A program made the position numbers and the translations under genes. A stretch of 64,000 nucleotides of DNA from an uncultured Actinomycetes bacterium. GTDB taxonomy: Bacteria; Actinomycetota; UBA4738; HRBIN12. The DNA lies in assembly GCA_963704725.1 (NCBI GenBank), contig OY969934.1, forward strand, positions 1,632,001 through 1,696,000. Direction: 5' to 3'. Below are positions 47,778-57,879 of the stretch, piece after piece. How positions within the stretch are numbered: the stretch's first letter is position 1; every line of letters starts with the position of its first letter. Under the pieces are notes generated by a model. It saw nothing but the letters and a program-made list of their open reading frames with translations. It ran no database searches and was not told the origin of the DNA.

Positions 47778-48572
47778 TTACGCGCGGCCGCGACGCAGGA
47801 TCGGCCAGCGCTCGCGGAGCCGCTGCAGCATCCGGCCGAGGTTCTCGTCCCGGCGCCACCGGCCGAACGCGATACCGGCGACCGCGAGGACGCCCAACGC
47901 GAGGAAGAACGCGACCTTCTGCCGGAGATCGGTCGAAGCGATCCCGGAAACGCCACCGGCTGAGGGCGTGGAGCCGACCAGCCCCGCGATCGCTTCCGAG
48001 ACCCCCTGGGGGCGGGGATGGAGCTGCGAGCGTCCCGCGGGACCGGTTCCCACCGTGTCCCCTCGTCCCCCGGTCCGCCCCACGTCCGGGAGGAACGCCG
48101 CCAGGAAGCCGTCGCCGGCGGCTGAGATGATGTCGCCGATCGTGGGTCCGGACCCGCTGGACCCGCCCGACCCCGCGCCTCCTGCGCCGCCGGAGCCGCC
48201 GGAGCCGCCGCCGGGCGGGGTCGGACCGGGGGAACCGGGCGCGGGGGCCACGGTGGGGGCCGGAGTCGGCGACGAGGTGTGATGCGGTGGGCCGGTCGGT
48301 CCCGGTCCGGGGCCCGTGGTCCCGGTCGGTCCTGGACCGGTCGGTCCCGTCGGTCCGGGGCCCGTCGGTCCCGTTCCGGGGCCCGTGGGTCCGGTCGGTC
48401 CTGGACCGGTCGGCCCCGTCGGTCCGGGGCCCGTGGGTCCGGTCGGACCCGGGCCTGTGGGGCCCGGCCCTGTGGGGCCCGTGGGGCCGGTCTGGGCCGT
48501 GGCGGTCGTCGCGAACAGGGCGATCGAGATCACCGCGGCGAGCGCGAGGGCGCGGCCCAGCCTCCATCGCAC
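47778..48572 (-). CDS. Surface protein with Gly-Pro-Thr repeats and C-terminal TM anchor (start uncertain, 48572-48626)
   Basis: Signal peptide ending ATA-Q; (GPTGPTGP)n; TM plus basic tail. Confidence 0.7.
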   Translation of the reverse strand: MRWRLGRALALAAVISIALFATTATAQTGPTGPTGPGPTGPGPTGPTGPGPTGPTGPGPTGPTGPGTGPTGPGPTGPTGPGPTGTTGPGPGPTGPPHHTSSPTPAPTVAPAPGSPGPTPPGGGSGGSGGAGGAGSGGSSGSGPTIGDIISAAGDGFLAAFLPDVGRTGGRGDTVGTGPAGRSQLHPRPQGVSEAIAGLVGSTPSAGGVSGIASTDLRQKVAFFLALGVLAVAGIAFGRWRRDENLGRMLQRLRERWPILRRGRA

Positions 48573-48731
48573 GGAGGGTCTCCTGCCACTCACGCTCGCG
48601 CCGTCTCCCCGCTCCCGAACGGGCACACCCTAGCGGTTCGGAGCGAGAGGCGCCAGGGTGCTCCATCCGGCCTCATCGAGCCGGGACCATCGACCCGGGA
48701 CCGCCCGCACGTCTTCCCTCACCATCGCCCG

Positions 48732-49040
48732 ATGCGCGGGTCGCCCGATCGCATCGGCTACGTTGGCGTGAACGGTTCCGTCGGAACCGTTCATCTGCTG
48801 TCCCACGATCCTGGCGCCGACCTCATCCGCTTCTTCGAGAGGGTCCGGCCGATCCTTCAGCGGGACGAGGTCACCGACATCTGGGTGAGCGGTCACACCC
48901 ACTGCGCGGGCGCGCCCCGATTGATGAACGCGTTCCTCGATACGGTGCGCAAGGAAGCGGAGCGCAGAGGGAAGGCGTTCCTCCTGCGCCCCGCGGCGTG
49001 CTCCTACGCCGGCGAGGACCAGCTCGAGCGATCCGGGTGA
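48732..49040 (+). CDS. Small hypothetical protein, weakly STAS-like
   Basis: Globular composition; pattern VTDIWVS...FLDTVRKEAERRGKAFLL. Confidence 0.5.
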   Translation: MRGSPDRIGYVGVNGSVGTVHLLSHDPGADLIRFFERVRPILQRDEVTDIWVSGHTHCAGAPRLMNAFLDTVRKEAERRGKAFLLRPAACSYAGEDQLERSG

Positions 49041-49058
49041 GCTGAAGAGGAGTCCGGG

Positions 49059-50486
49059 TCAGCGACGGCGGTCGCGCCTCGAGGCGCGTCTGGCCAGTCC
49101 CGAGCCCGCGAGCAGGAGCGCGATCCCGGGCGGGATCACGTAGACGCCCCCCGACTTCGTGGGGTCGGGGTCCGAACCGAGCGTCGGCTTCGGCGACGGG
49201 GTGTGCGTCTTCGGGGGCGGCGATCCCGTCGGCGACGGCTTGTCGCTCGGCGAGGGCTCCTCCGTCGGGCTGGGGCTCGGGGACTCCGTCGGGGACGGGC
49301 TCTCGGTCGGAGACGGCGAATGGGTCGGGCTGGGGCTCGGCTGCTCTGTCGGGCTCGGCGAGGGCTCCTCCGTCGGGCTGGGGCTCGGGGACTCCGTCGG
49401 GCTCGGAGACGGCGACTCGGTCGGGCTGGGGCTCGGCTCCTCGGTCGGAGTCGGCGAAGGCTCCTGCGAAGGCGACGGTTCCTCAGGCGGCGGAGGCTCC
49501 TCGGACGGGCTCGTCTCCGGCTGCGGCGACGTGGCCGCGCTCGGCTCCGCCGCCGGCGTCTCGGTCACCTCGGGCGTGGTCTGGGGCGTCGGTTCGGGGC
49601 TCGGCGAGGGGCCGGTCTCCGGCGGCGGGGGAGTGGGCGTGACCTCCGAGGGCGGCTCGTCGCCGTACAGGACATCGTCGCCGATCACGCTTCGGAGCGT
49701 GACCAGGACGGCGTCGGGGAGTTGATCGAGATAGGGGGCGAGCGTCTGCGCGATCTCGGCGTCGAGCGCGGCCAGGGTCGCCGCGTCGGCGCCGGCGGCG
49801 ACCGCGGCCGAACGCTGCTCCATCAATCGGCTCGCGATCCCGGCCACCGTGGCGGAGTCGACCCCTCCCTCCTGCAGCTCCTGCTCGAGCCTGTCGAGCG
49901 CGCGCTCGGCCGCGACGACGTGGACCCGGGCGGGGCCCGTCGCCTGCGGGGCAGGGGTGCCGATCCCTCGAGCGAGCACGATGGCGAGCACGATGATGGA
50001 GGCGGCCGCGGCTCCCTGCAGCCGCTCGACCCACCCGCGCTCCCGGATCGACGGGGACGGGCGTTTGGGCGCAGCAACGAAAGCAGCCGGGGCCGAGGTC
50101 GCCCGGGGTGCGTGCTTGGCGCGATGACCGGTGAGCGCGAACTCGAGCTCCTTGAGTCCCGGGCCCTCCTCGACGACGGCGTCCGCGGCGGCCAGGAGCG
50201 AGGGGTCGGCCGTGGCGCGATCGCTGGTGAGGACGACGACGCGGGTTCTGGGAGCGGCGGTGCGGAGGCCGGACAGGAGCGAGGACTCCGGCTCCGCGGC
50301 GACGTTCTCGTGGACGAGCAGCACGTCCGGCTGGTGTTGGCGGACCGCTCGGACCGTGTCCTCGGCCGTTCCCGCCTCGGCGGACACGACGAAACCGCGC
50401 TCTTCCAGGAGGAAGCGCGCGAGGTTCCGCTCAAGGGGACGGCGATCCCCCACGACGGCAGAACGGCGAGAGGTGCCTCTCTTCAT
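49059..50486 (-). CDS. Pseudo-receiver domain membrane protein with Pro/Ser/Thr/Glu stalk
   Basis: REC-like N-terminus (QPDVLLVHE, RVVVLTS), TM, helical domain, (SPSPTE)n repeats, TM plus Arg tail; AGGAG RBS. Confidence 0.75.
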   Translation of the reverse strand: MKRGTSRRSAVVGDRRPLERNLARFLLEERGFVVSAEAGTAEDTVRAVRQHQPDVLLVHENVAAEPESSLLSGLRTAAPRTRVVVLTSDRATADPSLLAAADAVVEEGPGLKELEFALTGHRAKHAPRATSAPAAFVAAPKRPSPSIRERGWVERLQGAAAASIIVLAIVLARGIGTPAPQATGPARVHVVAAERALDRLEQELQEGGVDSATVAGIASRLMEQRSAAVAAGADAATLAALDAEIAQTLAPYLDQLPDAVLVTLRSVIGDDVLYGDEPPSEVTPTPPPPETGPSPSPEPTPQTTPEVTETPAAEPSAATSPQPETSPSEEPPPPEEPSPSQEPSPTPTEEPSPSPTESPSPSPTESPSPSPTEEPSPSPTEQPSPSPTHSPSPTESPSPTESPSPSPTEEPSPSDKPSPTGSPPPKTHTPSPKPTLGSDPDPTKSGGVYVIPPGIALLLAGSGLARRASRRDRRR

Positions 50487-50643
50487 GGCTCCTGTTCCGA
50501 GTAGCCGCGCACCCGATGCGACCTCATGTATAGCCCATCGCGTCGCGGGAAACAGCTACCCGTTGTGGCTAGCCCCCCCGGGGTCGGGGCACCCACCCAT
50601 CCGACCGACAAGGTTGCCCTTCGGCGAATCCCGTGGGCAGCGA

Positions 50644-52017
50644 TCAGGCGCCGTCGATGCGCCCGTCATGGATCGTGAGCGTGCGGTCGAGGAACCTCTT
50701 GGCGGCCTCGTCGTGCGTGGCCATCAGACACGCCGTCCCCTCGTCGCACGCGTCGCGAAGCGCGGCGAAGACTCGCTCGGTCCAGCCCCGGTCCTGATGA
50801 CCCGTGGGCTCGTCGGCGACGACCACCCGCGGGCGGAGCAGCAGGGCCCGGGCGATCGCGGCTCGCTGCTGCTCGCCGACGGAGGTCTCGAACGGGCGCC
50901 GATCCGCGAGCTCGGACAGGCCGAAGCGGGCGAGGAGTTCCTCGATGCGCTCGGCGTGCTCGCCGAGCGACCCGGCGAGCTTCGCCGGGTGCGCGACGTT
51001 CTCGCGGACGCTGAGCTCGTCGAGCAGCCCGAGCTTCTGAGGAACGACGGCGACGTCGCGCCACGCTGGCGGTCCGTCCGAGCTCGCGGTGGCCGGGCGC
51101 TCGATCGTTCCCCGATCGGCGCGCTCCCATGCGGCGATGAGGTTCAGCAGGGTGGTCTTGCCCGATCCCGAGCGCCCCACCACGCCGACGAGCTCGCCCT
51201 CGCGAACGCCGAACGACACGCCGTCGACCGCATGGACGACGTCGCCTCCTCGTGTGTACGTCTTGGCGACGTCGTCGAGGCGCAGGACGGTGAGCGCGTC
51301 GGGCTCGACGGCCGAGACGAACGCCATCGGCGCCGTGGCGCCGCCCGGCGGCCGTCGCGGGTCGACGACCTCGCCGTGGTCGAGCCGCAGGAGGACGTCG
51401 GCGGCGCGCATGACCGTGGGGTCGTGGGTGGCGAGCACGAAGGTGACGCCCCGATCGCGGACCCGCCGGATCGCTTGGAGCACGGCGTCGCCGGAAGCCG
51501 TGTCGAGCTCGGCCGTGGGTTCGTCGGCGACGACGACGCGCGCCCCGCTCACGAGCGCCTGCGCGAACGCCGCGCGCTGCTGCTCGCCGCCCGAAAGCTC
51601 GGTGGGGAGATGGTCGACGCGGTCCGCGATGCCGAGCTCCTCGAGCGCGTCGTGGGGGTGACCGTCCCGCGCGACGCGATCGACGTGCTCGCCGACCGTG
51701 AGGTACGGCAGGAAGTTGTCGGAGGGCCGCTGGAACACGTAGCCGAGCCGCTTCTGTCGCATCCGCCGTCTGATCCGGGACGAGGCCCGGCTCACCTGGA
51801 TCCCCGAGACCGTGATGGAGCCGGACGTCGGGCGGTCCATGCCGGCGATGAGCCGAAGCAGCGAGGACTTGCCACTCCCGCTCGGACCGGCGACGGCGAC
51901 GAGGGCGCCGGCTGGGAAGGAAGCGCTGACGCCGCGGAGCGCTCGGACCTCGCCCGTGGCGGTCCGATACGTCTTCACGACGTCGGCGCACACCACCAAC
52001 GCCGTCTCATTCGGCAA
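50644..52017 (-). CDS. ABC transporter ATP-binding protein with two fused NBDs (LolD/MacB-like)
   Basis: GPSGSGKS/LSGGEQQ/ADEPT and GRSGSGKT/TSVGEQQ/ADEPT. Confidence 0.92.
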   Translation of the reverse strand: MPNETALVVCADVVKTYRTATGEVRALRGVSASFPAGALVAVAGPSGSGKSSLLRLIAGMDRPTSGSITVSGIQVSRASSRIRRRMRQKRLGYVFQRPSDNFLPYLTVGEHVDRVARDGHPHDALEELGIADRVDHLPTELSGGEQQRAAFAQALVSGARVVVADEPTAELDTASGDAVLQAIRRVRDRGVTFVLATHDPTVMRAADVLLRLDHGEVVDPRRPPGGATAPMAFVSAVEPDALTVLRLDDVAKTYTRGGDVVHAVDGVSFGVREGELVGVVGRSGSGKTTLLNLIAAWERADRGTIERPATASSDGPPAWRDVAVVPQKLGLLDELSVRENVAHPAKLAGSLGEHAERIEELLARFGLSELADRRPFETSVGEQQRAAIARALLLRPRVVVADEPTGHQDRGWTERVFAALRDACDEGTACLMATHDEAAKRFLDRTLTIHDGRIDGA

Positions 52018-54763
52018 CGCGCATCACCTCCCCCAGATCGATGCCTCGCGCCCGGCGGTTGGTGACCGCCGCCCCGAGCCACACGAGCGCCGACACAAGG
52101 ACCGCGGCGGCGGCCATCAAGGCGACGGGCACGACGAGCAGCGGCGGCGGCGGGATCGCCGCGATCGGATCCAGCTTCGGCACCGTGAGGCGGGCGGCGG
52201 CGACCGACAGGACGACGGCGACGACGAAGGCGATGCCGAGCATCACGCCGAGCTCGAGAACCAGGGCCCGCCGCTGCTGGGCATGCCGCATGCCCATCCT
52301 CGTCGACAGCGCGTACGAGACGATCTGGGAACGCTGCCGCGCCTGGAGGTACATCAGCATCCCCACGAATGCGAGCGCGGCGGCGACCGCGCCGAGGGCG
52401 TTGACGACGACGAACGTCTGGATGGCGGCGGCGACGTGGGGGATGTCCTCGAGCTCGTCGGCCGAGATGACGATGAACGGCGGGCTGTCCATCCGGGCGA
52501 ACGCCGCTCGAACGCCGGGGATGTCCCCGCGCGCCCACAGCTCGGCGCCGTATCGCGTGAGCGGGTTGTACGGGAGGTCGAGCCGCCGGACGAGCTGTGC
52601 CTCGTCGACCACGATCAACGGCTTCAGGGAGTACAGGCCGGGGAACGCCGTCGGGCGGGCGACCACCCGGACCGGGACGATCGCGCTCCCCACGTTGATC
52701 TCGTCCACGGGAAGGTCACCGCCGGCCGCGAGGAGGACGGGGAGCGGCCCGTCGCCCCCGGAGCCGAGCCGCGCGGTGAGCTCCGCGAGCGATTCGTCGT
52801 CGAAGCCATCGTTCCAGTACGCCGCGTCGGCGAACGTGGCCGCATCGATGGCGAGCAGGTCGACGGCCCGCCCCGAGGAGAGCCGCGCGCCCTCCCCGGC
52901 TTGCACCACGCGAGTGGCGGGATACGGGAAGCCCTCGGGAACCGAGCTGCTGATGACCTGGGCCGAGGCGTCGCTGCCGACGAACACCTCGGCCTTCGTG
53001 TGCACGCTCGTCTCCAGCGACCGGGAGACGATCTGGGCGTGGAGGAACGTCCCGAGGCACAGTCCCGCGCCGCCCACGAGGAGCATCGTGAAGGTCCCGC
53101 CCCCGGCGAGTCGCCGGGTCGCGACGTAGGACGCCGGCGGGGCCGAGGCCGTCGGGCGCCGGAGCCACGAGAACCCGTGGCCGGCCAGTCGCGCCACGAG
53201 AAGCGCGAACCCCGCGAGCAGCAGGAAGGGGAACGCGACGAGCGCGAGGCTCGGGCGGAGGACGTCGAGTCGCTCGTCCGCGACGAATGCGCCTCCCTCC
53301 CGCAGGCGCTGGAGTGCCACGAACGCGAGAGCGGCGATGCCGAGCTCCCAGGGGGCGAGCTCGACGACGCGGGCGAACCGCCGCCCGTGCGGATCGACCA
53401 CGCGCAGGTAGGTTCGCGCCGCGACGATGGCGGTCAGCACGATCGACCCGATGACGGCGATCGTGGTGGCGATCGCGGCGTCGGCGAAGACCGAGCGGTC
53501 GACGGGAGCGGGGGGCCCGAGCACGCCGACGGCCGCGACCGCCAGCCCGAACCCGACCACCCCGCCCACGATGCACGGCAAGGCCGACTCGAGAGCGGTC
53601 CTCGCGCCCACGCGCGCGGACGAGGATCCCCGGGTGAACCACCACGTGGCCTCGACCCGGCGAGCGCGGACGGAGAACGCCCCCGCGGCCGCCACGACGA
53701 CGACGGCGACCGCGATCCCCGCCACCTCGAGCACGCGCGCCGGCCCCTCGACGGCGACGATCCGCTTCTCGACGTCGTCGACGACGAGCCCGATCGAGGA
53801 CGCGAAGGTCGTCGCGGTGACGTTGAAGCGGCGGAAGAAGAAGCGACGGCAACAGGCGAAGGTGGTCCCGAGCTCTCCATCGGGATACGTGATCTGCTCG
53901 TGCACCCGGTCCTGATAGGCGTCGAGCGCCCGGGCCTCCTCGAGGCTGATCGTCGTGACCGCGAGGGGCGCCTCCCATCGGACCAAGGCGGTCCTCTGGC
54001 CGAGGGCCTTCAGCAGACCGAGGACCTGAGCGCGGTCGCCGAGGATCGGCTGCGGCGGCGGGCTGCACTCCAGGCATTGCAGCCGGAACTCCGTCCCCCA
54101 CGGCTGCCAGTACCCCCCGGGTGGGGTCGCGTAGACGGCCCGGTAGACGCCGTCGACGCCCACGGACACTCCGACGCCGCTGTCCGGGTCGCGGAGACGG
54201 ATCGTGTCCCCGGGCCCGACCCCGAGCTGGTCGGCGATCAGGTCGGGGAGCCACACGCCGTCGCCATCGGTCCCCGCCAGCCGCTCGACCTCGTCGAGCG
54301 CGCCGGTCGCGCTGAACAGGCGCCCGTCCTGAGGCGGCGCGCCGGGAGCCTCGACGTCGAGCTCGTTGCTCATCACTCCCGCCACCGGGGGGCCCAGCAC
54401 CGGGCTGCCCGCGGCGAGCATGCGGAACGCCTCCGTCGGCCCGTCGGGCGTCGGGGCCATCAGCCCGGGCTGGATCTGAACGGGGTGGAGCGGCAGGTCG
54501 CGGATCGTGTACGTGAGCCCCGCTCCGTAGCGGGTGACGGTGGGCCGCTCCAGCCCGCTGCGGACCAGCTCGCTGGTGGTGGCCGACATGAACAGGGGGT
54601 ACGCGGCCGCCGCGACGGCGAGCAGCAGCGAGCCGGCGGCGACGGCCAGGAGCAGCGCCGGATGTCGGAGCAGCAGGAACGGCGCCGCCCGCCGGAACAC
54701 GCCGCCGCGGCCCGCGTCGGCGCGAACGGATCTCCGCTCCTGCGCGATCGGCCCGGCCATCAC
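52007..54763 (-). CDS. FtsX/MacB-like ABC permease, large
   Basis: Multiple TM clusters with two large extracytoplasmic regions; overlaps the ATPase gene. Confidence 0.82.
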   Translation of the reverse strand: MMAGPIAQERRSVRADAGRGGVFRRAAPFLLLRHPALLLAVAAGSLLLAVAAAAYPLFMSATTSELVRSGLERPTVTRYGAGLTYTIRDLPLHPVQIQPGLMAPTPDGPTEAFRMLAAGSPVLGPPVAGVMSNELDVEAPGAPPQDGRLFSATGALDEVERLAGTDGDGVWLPDLIADQLGVGPGDTIRLRDPDSGVGVSVGVDGVYRAVYATPPGGYWQPWGTEFRLQCLECSPPPQPILGDRAQVLGLLKALGQRTALVRWEAPLAVTTISLEEARALDAYQDRVHEQITYPDGELGTTFACCRRFFFRRFNVTATTFASSIGLVVDDVEKRIVAVEGPARVLEVAGIAVAVVVVAAAGAFSVRARRVEATWWFTRGSSSARVGARTALESALPCIVGGVVGFGLAVAAVGVLGPPAPVDRSVFADAAIATTIAVIGSIVLTAIVAARTYLRVVDPHGRRFARVVELAPWELGIAALAFVALQRLREGGAFVADERLDVLRPSLALVAFPFLLLAGFALLVARLAGHGFSWLRRPTASAPPASYVATRRLAGGGTFTMLLVGGAGLCLGTFLHAQIVSRSLETSVHTKAEVFVGSDASAQVISSSVPEGFPYPATRVVQAGEGARLSSGRAVDLLAIDAATFADAAYWNDGFDDESLAELTARLGSGGDGPLPVLLAAGGDLPVDEINVGSAIVPVRVVARPTAFPGLYSLKPLIVVDEAQLVRRLDLPYNPLTRYGAELWARGDIPGVRAAFARMDSPPFIVISADELEDIPHVAAAIQTFVVVNALGAVAAALAFVGMLMYLQARQRSQIVSYALSTRMGMRHAQQRRALVLELGVMLGIAFVVAVVLSVAAARLTVPKLDPIAAIPPPPLLVVPVALMAAAAVLVSALVWLGAAVTNRRARGIDLGEVMRVAE

Positions 54764-54828
54764 CCGGAACCTACGTTGTGGCGGGGTCGTCCGGCTCCCC
54801 CGCTCGCGGTCGGATAGATTCGCGGGCG

Positions 54829-55404
54829 ATGCGCGTCTGCGTGTTCGCGGGATCCTCGCCCGGCATCCGGCACGAGTACGCGCGGGCGGCGACGGAGCTC
54901 GGGGCGCTCCTCGGCCGGCGTGGGATCGGCATGGTCTACGGAGGAGGGCACATCGGCCTGATGGGCGCGGCCGCCGAGGCGGCGCTCGAGGCCGGGGGCG
55001 AGGTGATCGGGGTCATCCCCGAGGCCCTCATGGAACGGGAGATCGCCATGCTCGAGGTCACCGAGCTGCACGTCGTGGCCACGATGCACGAGCGCAAGGC
55101 GATGATGGGCGACCTCTCGGTCGCGTTCGCGGCGCTCCCGGGCGGTCTCGGCACGCTCGAGGAGCTGTTCGAGGTCTGGACGTGGAGCCAGCTCGGGCTG
55201 CACCGCAAGCCGCTCGGCCTGCTGAACGTGGACGGGTTCTACGACACGCTACTGGCACATCTGCAGCGAGCGAGCGCGGAGGGGTTCGTCCGGGCCGAGT
55301 ACCTGAGCCTCCTCCGGGTCGAGACGACGCCGGAGGCGCTCCTGGACGCGCTGCTGACGCGCCCGCCCGAGGAGCCCGCGGTCCCGACCCGCGACCTGCG
55401 ATGA
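54829..55404 (+). CDS. LOG family nucleotide phosphoribohydrolase (TIGR00730-like)
   Basis: [28 protein letters not shown]. Confidence 0.94.
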   Translation: MRVCVFAGSSPGIRHEYARAATELGALLGRRGIGMVYGGGHIGLMGAAAEAALEAGGEVIGVIPEALMEREIAMLEVTELHVVATMHERKAMMGDLSVAFAALPGGLGTLEELFEVWTWSQLGLHRKPLGLLNVDGFYDTLLAHLQRASAEGFVRAEYLSLLRVETTPEALLDALLTRPPEEPAVPTRDLR

Positions 55405-55471
55405 GCGGGGCGACGCCCCCAGGTCTGCGACGAGTCCGGTCGAGGCTCCGAGGGGCGGCGCGCGAGCTCGG

Positions 55472-55762
55472 CTATCGGTCGCGCTTGCCCATGCCGCGGC
55501 CGGAGCCACCGAGCAGGCCGAGATCCACGGCGACGCCGATCACGATCACGATGACGCCGGCGGCCTCCAGGCCGCCGTTCGGCGCCGTGAACTCGTTCTT
55601 CGCGATCGCATAGCCGATCGCGGTCGTGGGCAGGAAGAAGAACCCGAGCAATGCCCACCATCCGCTGGCGAACGCGCGCTCGAGGTAGTTCGTGAAGAGC
55701 CAGAGCAGCACCATGACGAACCGCGGCGTGACGAGCGAGAAGACGACCAGGAGGCAACCCAT
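55472..55762 (-). CDS. Small membrane protein
   Basis: MGCLL...PRF..., LLGFFFLPTT pattern, three hydrophobic segments; TAGCAT 6 nt before the ATG. Confidence 0.75.
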   Translation of the reverse strand: MGCLLVVFSLVTPRFVMVLLWLFTNYLERAFASGWWALLGFFFLPTTAIGYAIAKNEFTAPNGGLEAAGVIVIVIGVAVDLGLLGGSGRGMGKRDR

Positions 55763-55803
55763 GGTCGGATGCTATCCCGGCGCCGTTCGCTCACGTCGAG
55801 GGC

Positions 55804-55833
55804 TTGCGCCCACTCGAACGTATGTTCTATCCT
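55804..55833 (+). promoter_or_regulatory. LexA (SOS) box within promoter spacer
   Basis: TCGAAC-GTAT-GTTCTA (55814-55829) versus actinobacterial consensus TCGAAC-N4-GTTCGA; flanked by TTGCGC and TATCCT. Confidence 0.8.
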
Positions 55834-55843
55834 CATCGCTTCG

Positions 55844-57850
55844 ATGGCCGACCAACTCTTCGAGATCGCCCGGCGCACGTTCGACACCCCCGAGTTCCGG
55901 GGGATGGAGTTCATCGAGACCGATTGCAGGACCATCATCAACCGCGTCCCCGGCTCGTACCTCCCGTTCAACTGGACGATCAACCCGTACCGGGGATGCT
56001 CGCATGCGTGTAGTTACTGCACGTCCGGCGATACCCCGGTCCTGATGGCCGATGGCCGGACGAGGCCCATCGCGAAGGTCGAGGTGGGGGATCGGATCTA
56101 CGGGACCGTGCGCCGGGGTCGGTACCGGAGGTACGTCACGACGCCGGTACTCGCCCATTGGTCCACGGTGAAGCCCGCCTATCGGGTCACACTCGAGGAC
56201 GGCACCGAGCTGATCGCGAGCGGCGACCACCGGTTCCTCACGGAGCGAGGATGGAAGCACGTCACCGGGAAGGGTTCGGGCCGCGAGTGCCGGCCCTTCC
56301 TGACCACGAACAACGAGCTCCTGGGCGTCGGCGGCTTCGCCGTAGCGCCTGCTGAGGATGACGACTATCGGCGCGGCTACCTCACGGGCATGATCCGTGG
56401 CGACGGACAGATCGGCTCGTACGCGTACCCGGCAAGGAACGGACGGTCCCGAGCAGTGCATCGATTCCGGCTCGCTCTCGTGGACGGCGAGGGGCTCGAT
56501 CGGGCGCGCATCTATCTGTCCCGGGAGGGAGTCGAGACGACGCCGTTTCAGTTCCAGCAAGCGACCGGGCGGCATCGGCGGATGGGCGCTATCCGATCGC
56601 AGCGTCGGGCCGACGTCGAGCGGATCCGCGAGGTCATCGCCTGGCCGGCCCGATCCACGAACGCTTGGCGGAAGGGGTTCCTCGCCGGCGTCTTCGACGC
56701 CGAGGGGAGTTTCAGTGGCACCCTCCGCATCGCGAATTGCGACCCGCAGATCCTCGGCACGACGACTGCGTGTCTGGACGCGCTCGGCTTCTCGCATCGG
56801 TTGGAGACGACCATCGACCGCAAGGGGCTGGCCTACGTCCGGCTCCTCGGCGGTCTCCGAGAGGTCCTCCGCTTCTTCCACACGGTCGATCCCGCCATCA
56901 CGAGGAAGCGAGACATCGCGGGGATCGCGATCAAGAGCGATGCGCCACTCCGGCTCGTCTCGGTCGAGCCGCTCGATCTCGACCTCCCCTTGTACGACAT
57001 CACCACCGGGACCGGGGACTTCATCGCGGACGGCGTGGTGAGCCACAACTGCTTCGCGCGGCCCACGCACACGTTCCTCGACATGAACGCCGGGAGCGAC
57101 TTCGAGCGCAAGATCGTGGTGAAGGTCAACGCGCCCGACGTGCTGCGCCGGCAGCTCGCCGCCAAGCGCTGGAAGGGCGAGGGCATCGCCATGGGGACCA
57201 ACACCGACCCGTACCAGCGGGCCGAGGGGCGCTACCGGTTGATGCCGCGGATCGTGGAGGCCCTCGCGGACTTCCGGAACCCGTTCTCGATCCTGACCAA
57301 GGGCACGCTGATCCTGCGCGATCTCGACCTGCTCGTCGACGCGGCGCGGGTGGCCGACGTCGCCACCGCCTTCTCCATCGGCACGCTGGACGAGGACGTG
57401 TGGCGGCGGACGGAGCCCGGCACGCCGCACCCGCGCAAGCGGATCGAGGCCGTCGCGGCTCTCAACGCCGCCGGGATCCCGTGCGGGGTCCTCATGGCGC
57501 CGATCCTGCCGGGGATCAGCGATCACCCCCGTCAGCTCCGGGAGGTCGCCCGGGCGGCGATCGACGCAGGCGCGACCCACGTCTCCCCGATCCTCCTGCA
57601 CCTGCGGCCGGGTGTCCGCGAGGAGTTCATGCCCTGGCTGGCCGAGCACTACCCGGATCTCGTGGAGCGATACGAGGCGATGTACCGGACGCCGTACGCG
57701 TCGCCGGCGGATCGCAAGCGGGTCGGATCGACCGTCGGGAGCATCGTCCGGTCGCTCGGAGGCACCCGGCGGGAGCGGGCGGCTCCGCATCGGTGGTCCG
57801 GCCGGGGAGACGGCGGCGGCGGGTCCGGGGAGCAGCTCAGCCTCGTCTGA
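55844..57850 (+). CDS. Intein-containing Rv2578c-family radical SAM protein
   Basis: WTINPYRGCSHACSY|intein|CFARPTH; GTNTDPYQRAEGRY; SILTKG; EPGTPHP. Confidence 0.93.
   Translation: MADQLFEIARRTFDTPEFRGMEFIETDCRTIINRVPGSYLPFNWTINPYRGCSHACSYCTSGDTPVLMADGRTRPIAKVEVGDRIYGTVRRGRYRRYVTTPVLAHWSTVKPAYRVTLEDGTELIASGDHRFLTERGWKHVTGKGSGRECRPFLTTNNELLGVGGFAVAPAEDDDYRRGYLTGMIRGDGQIGSYAYPARNGRSRAVHRFRLALVDGEGLDRARIYLSREGVETTPFQFQQATGRHRRMGAIRSQRRADVERIREVIAWPARSTNAWRKGFLAGVFDAEGSFSGTLRIANCDPQILGTTTACLDALGFSHRLETTIDRKGLAYVRLLGGLREVLRFFHTVDPAITRKRDIAGIAIKSDAPLRLVSVEPLDLDLPLYDITTGTGDFIADGVVSHNCFARPTHTFLDMNAGSDFERKIVVKVNAPDVLRRQLAAKRWKGEGIAMGTNTDPYQRAEGRYRLMPRIVEALADFRNPFSILTKGTLILRDLDLLVDAARVADVATAFSIGTLDEDVWRRTEPGTPHPRKRIEAVAALNAAGIPCGVLMAPILPGISDHPRQLREVARAAIDAGATHVSPILLHLRPGVREEFMPWLAEHYPDLVERYEAMYRTPYASPADRKRVGSTVGSIVRSLGGTRRERAAPHRWSGRGDGGGGSGEQLSLV
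56018..57049 (+). mobile_element. Intein (344 aa) with LAGLIDADG homing endonuclease
   Basis: N-terminal CTSGDTPVLMADG, block B SGDHRF, YLTGMIRGDG and FLAGVFDAEG, C-terminal LYDITT...VVSHN/C. Confidence 0.95.
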
Positions 57851-57879
57851 CGCGGGACATCGGCTACCCTTCCGCACCG

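Noticed and set aside
49059-49200. Sortase LPxTG signal on the pseudo-receiver protein
   Set aside because: Sequence before the TM (DPDPTKSGG) does not match LPxTG/LAxTG, and no sortase is in the window.
48290-49460. Short tandem repeats as possible CRISPR or iteron array
   Set aside because: In-frame coding repeats (GPT; SPSPTE) with synonymous variation, no unique spacers and no cas genes.
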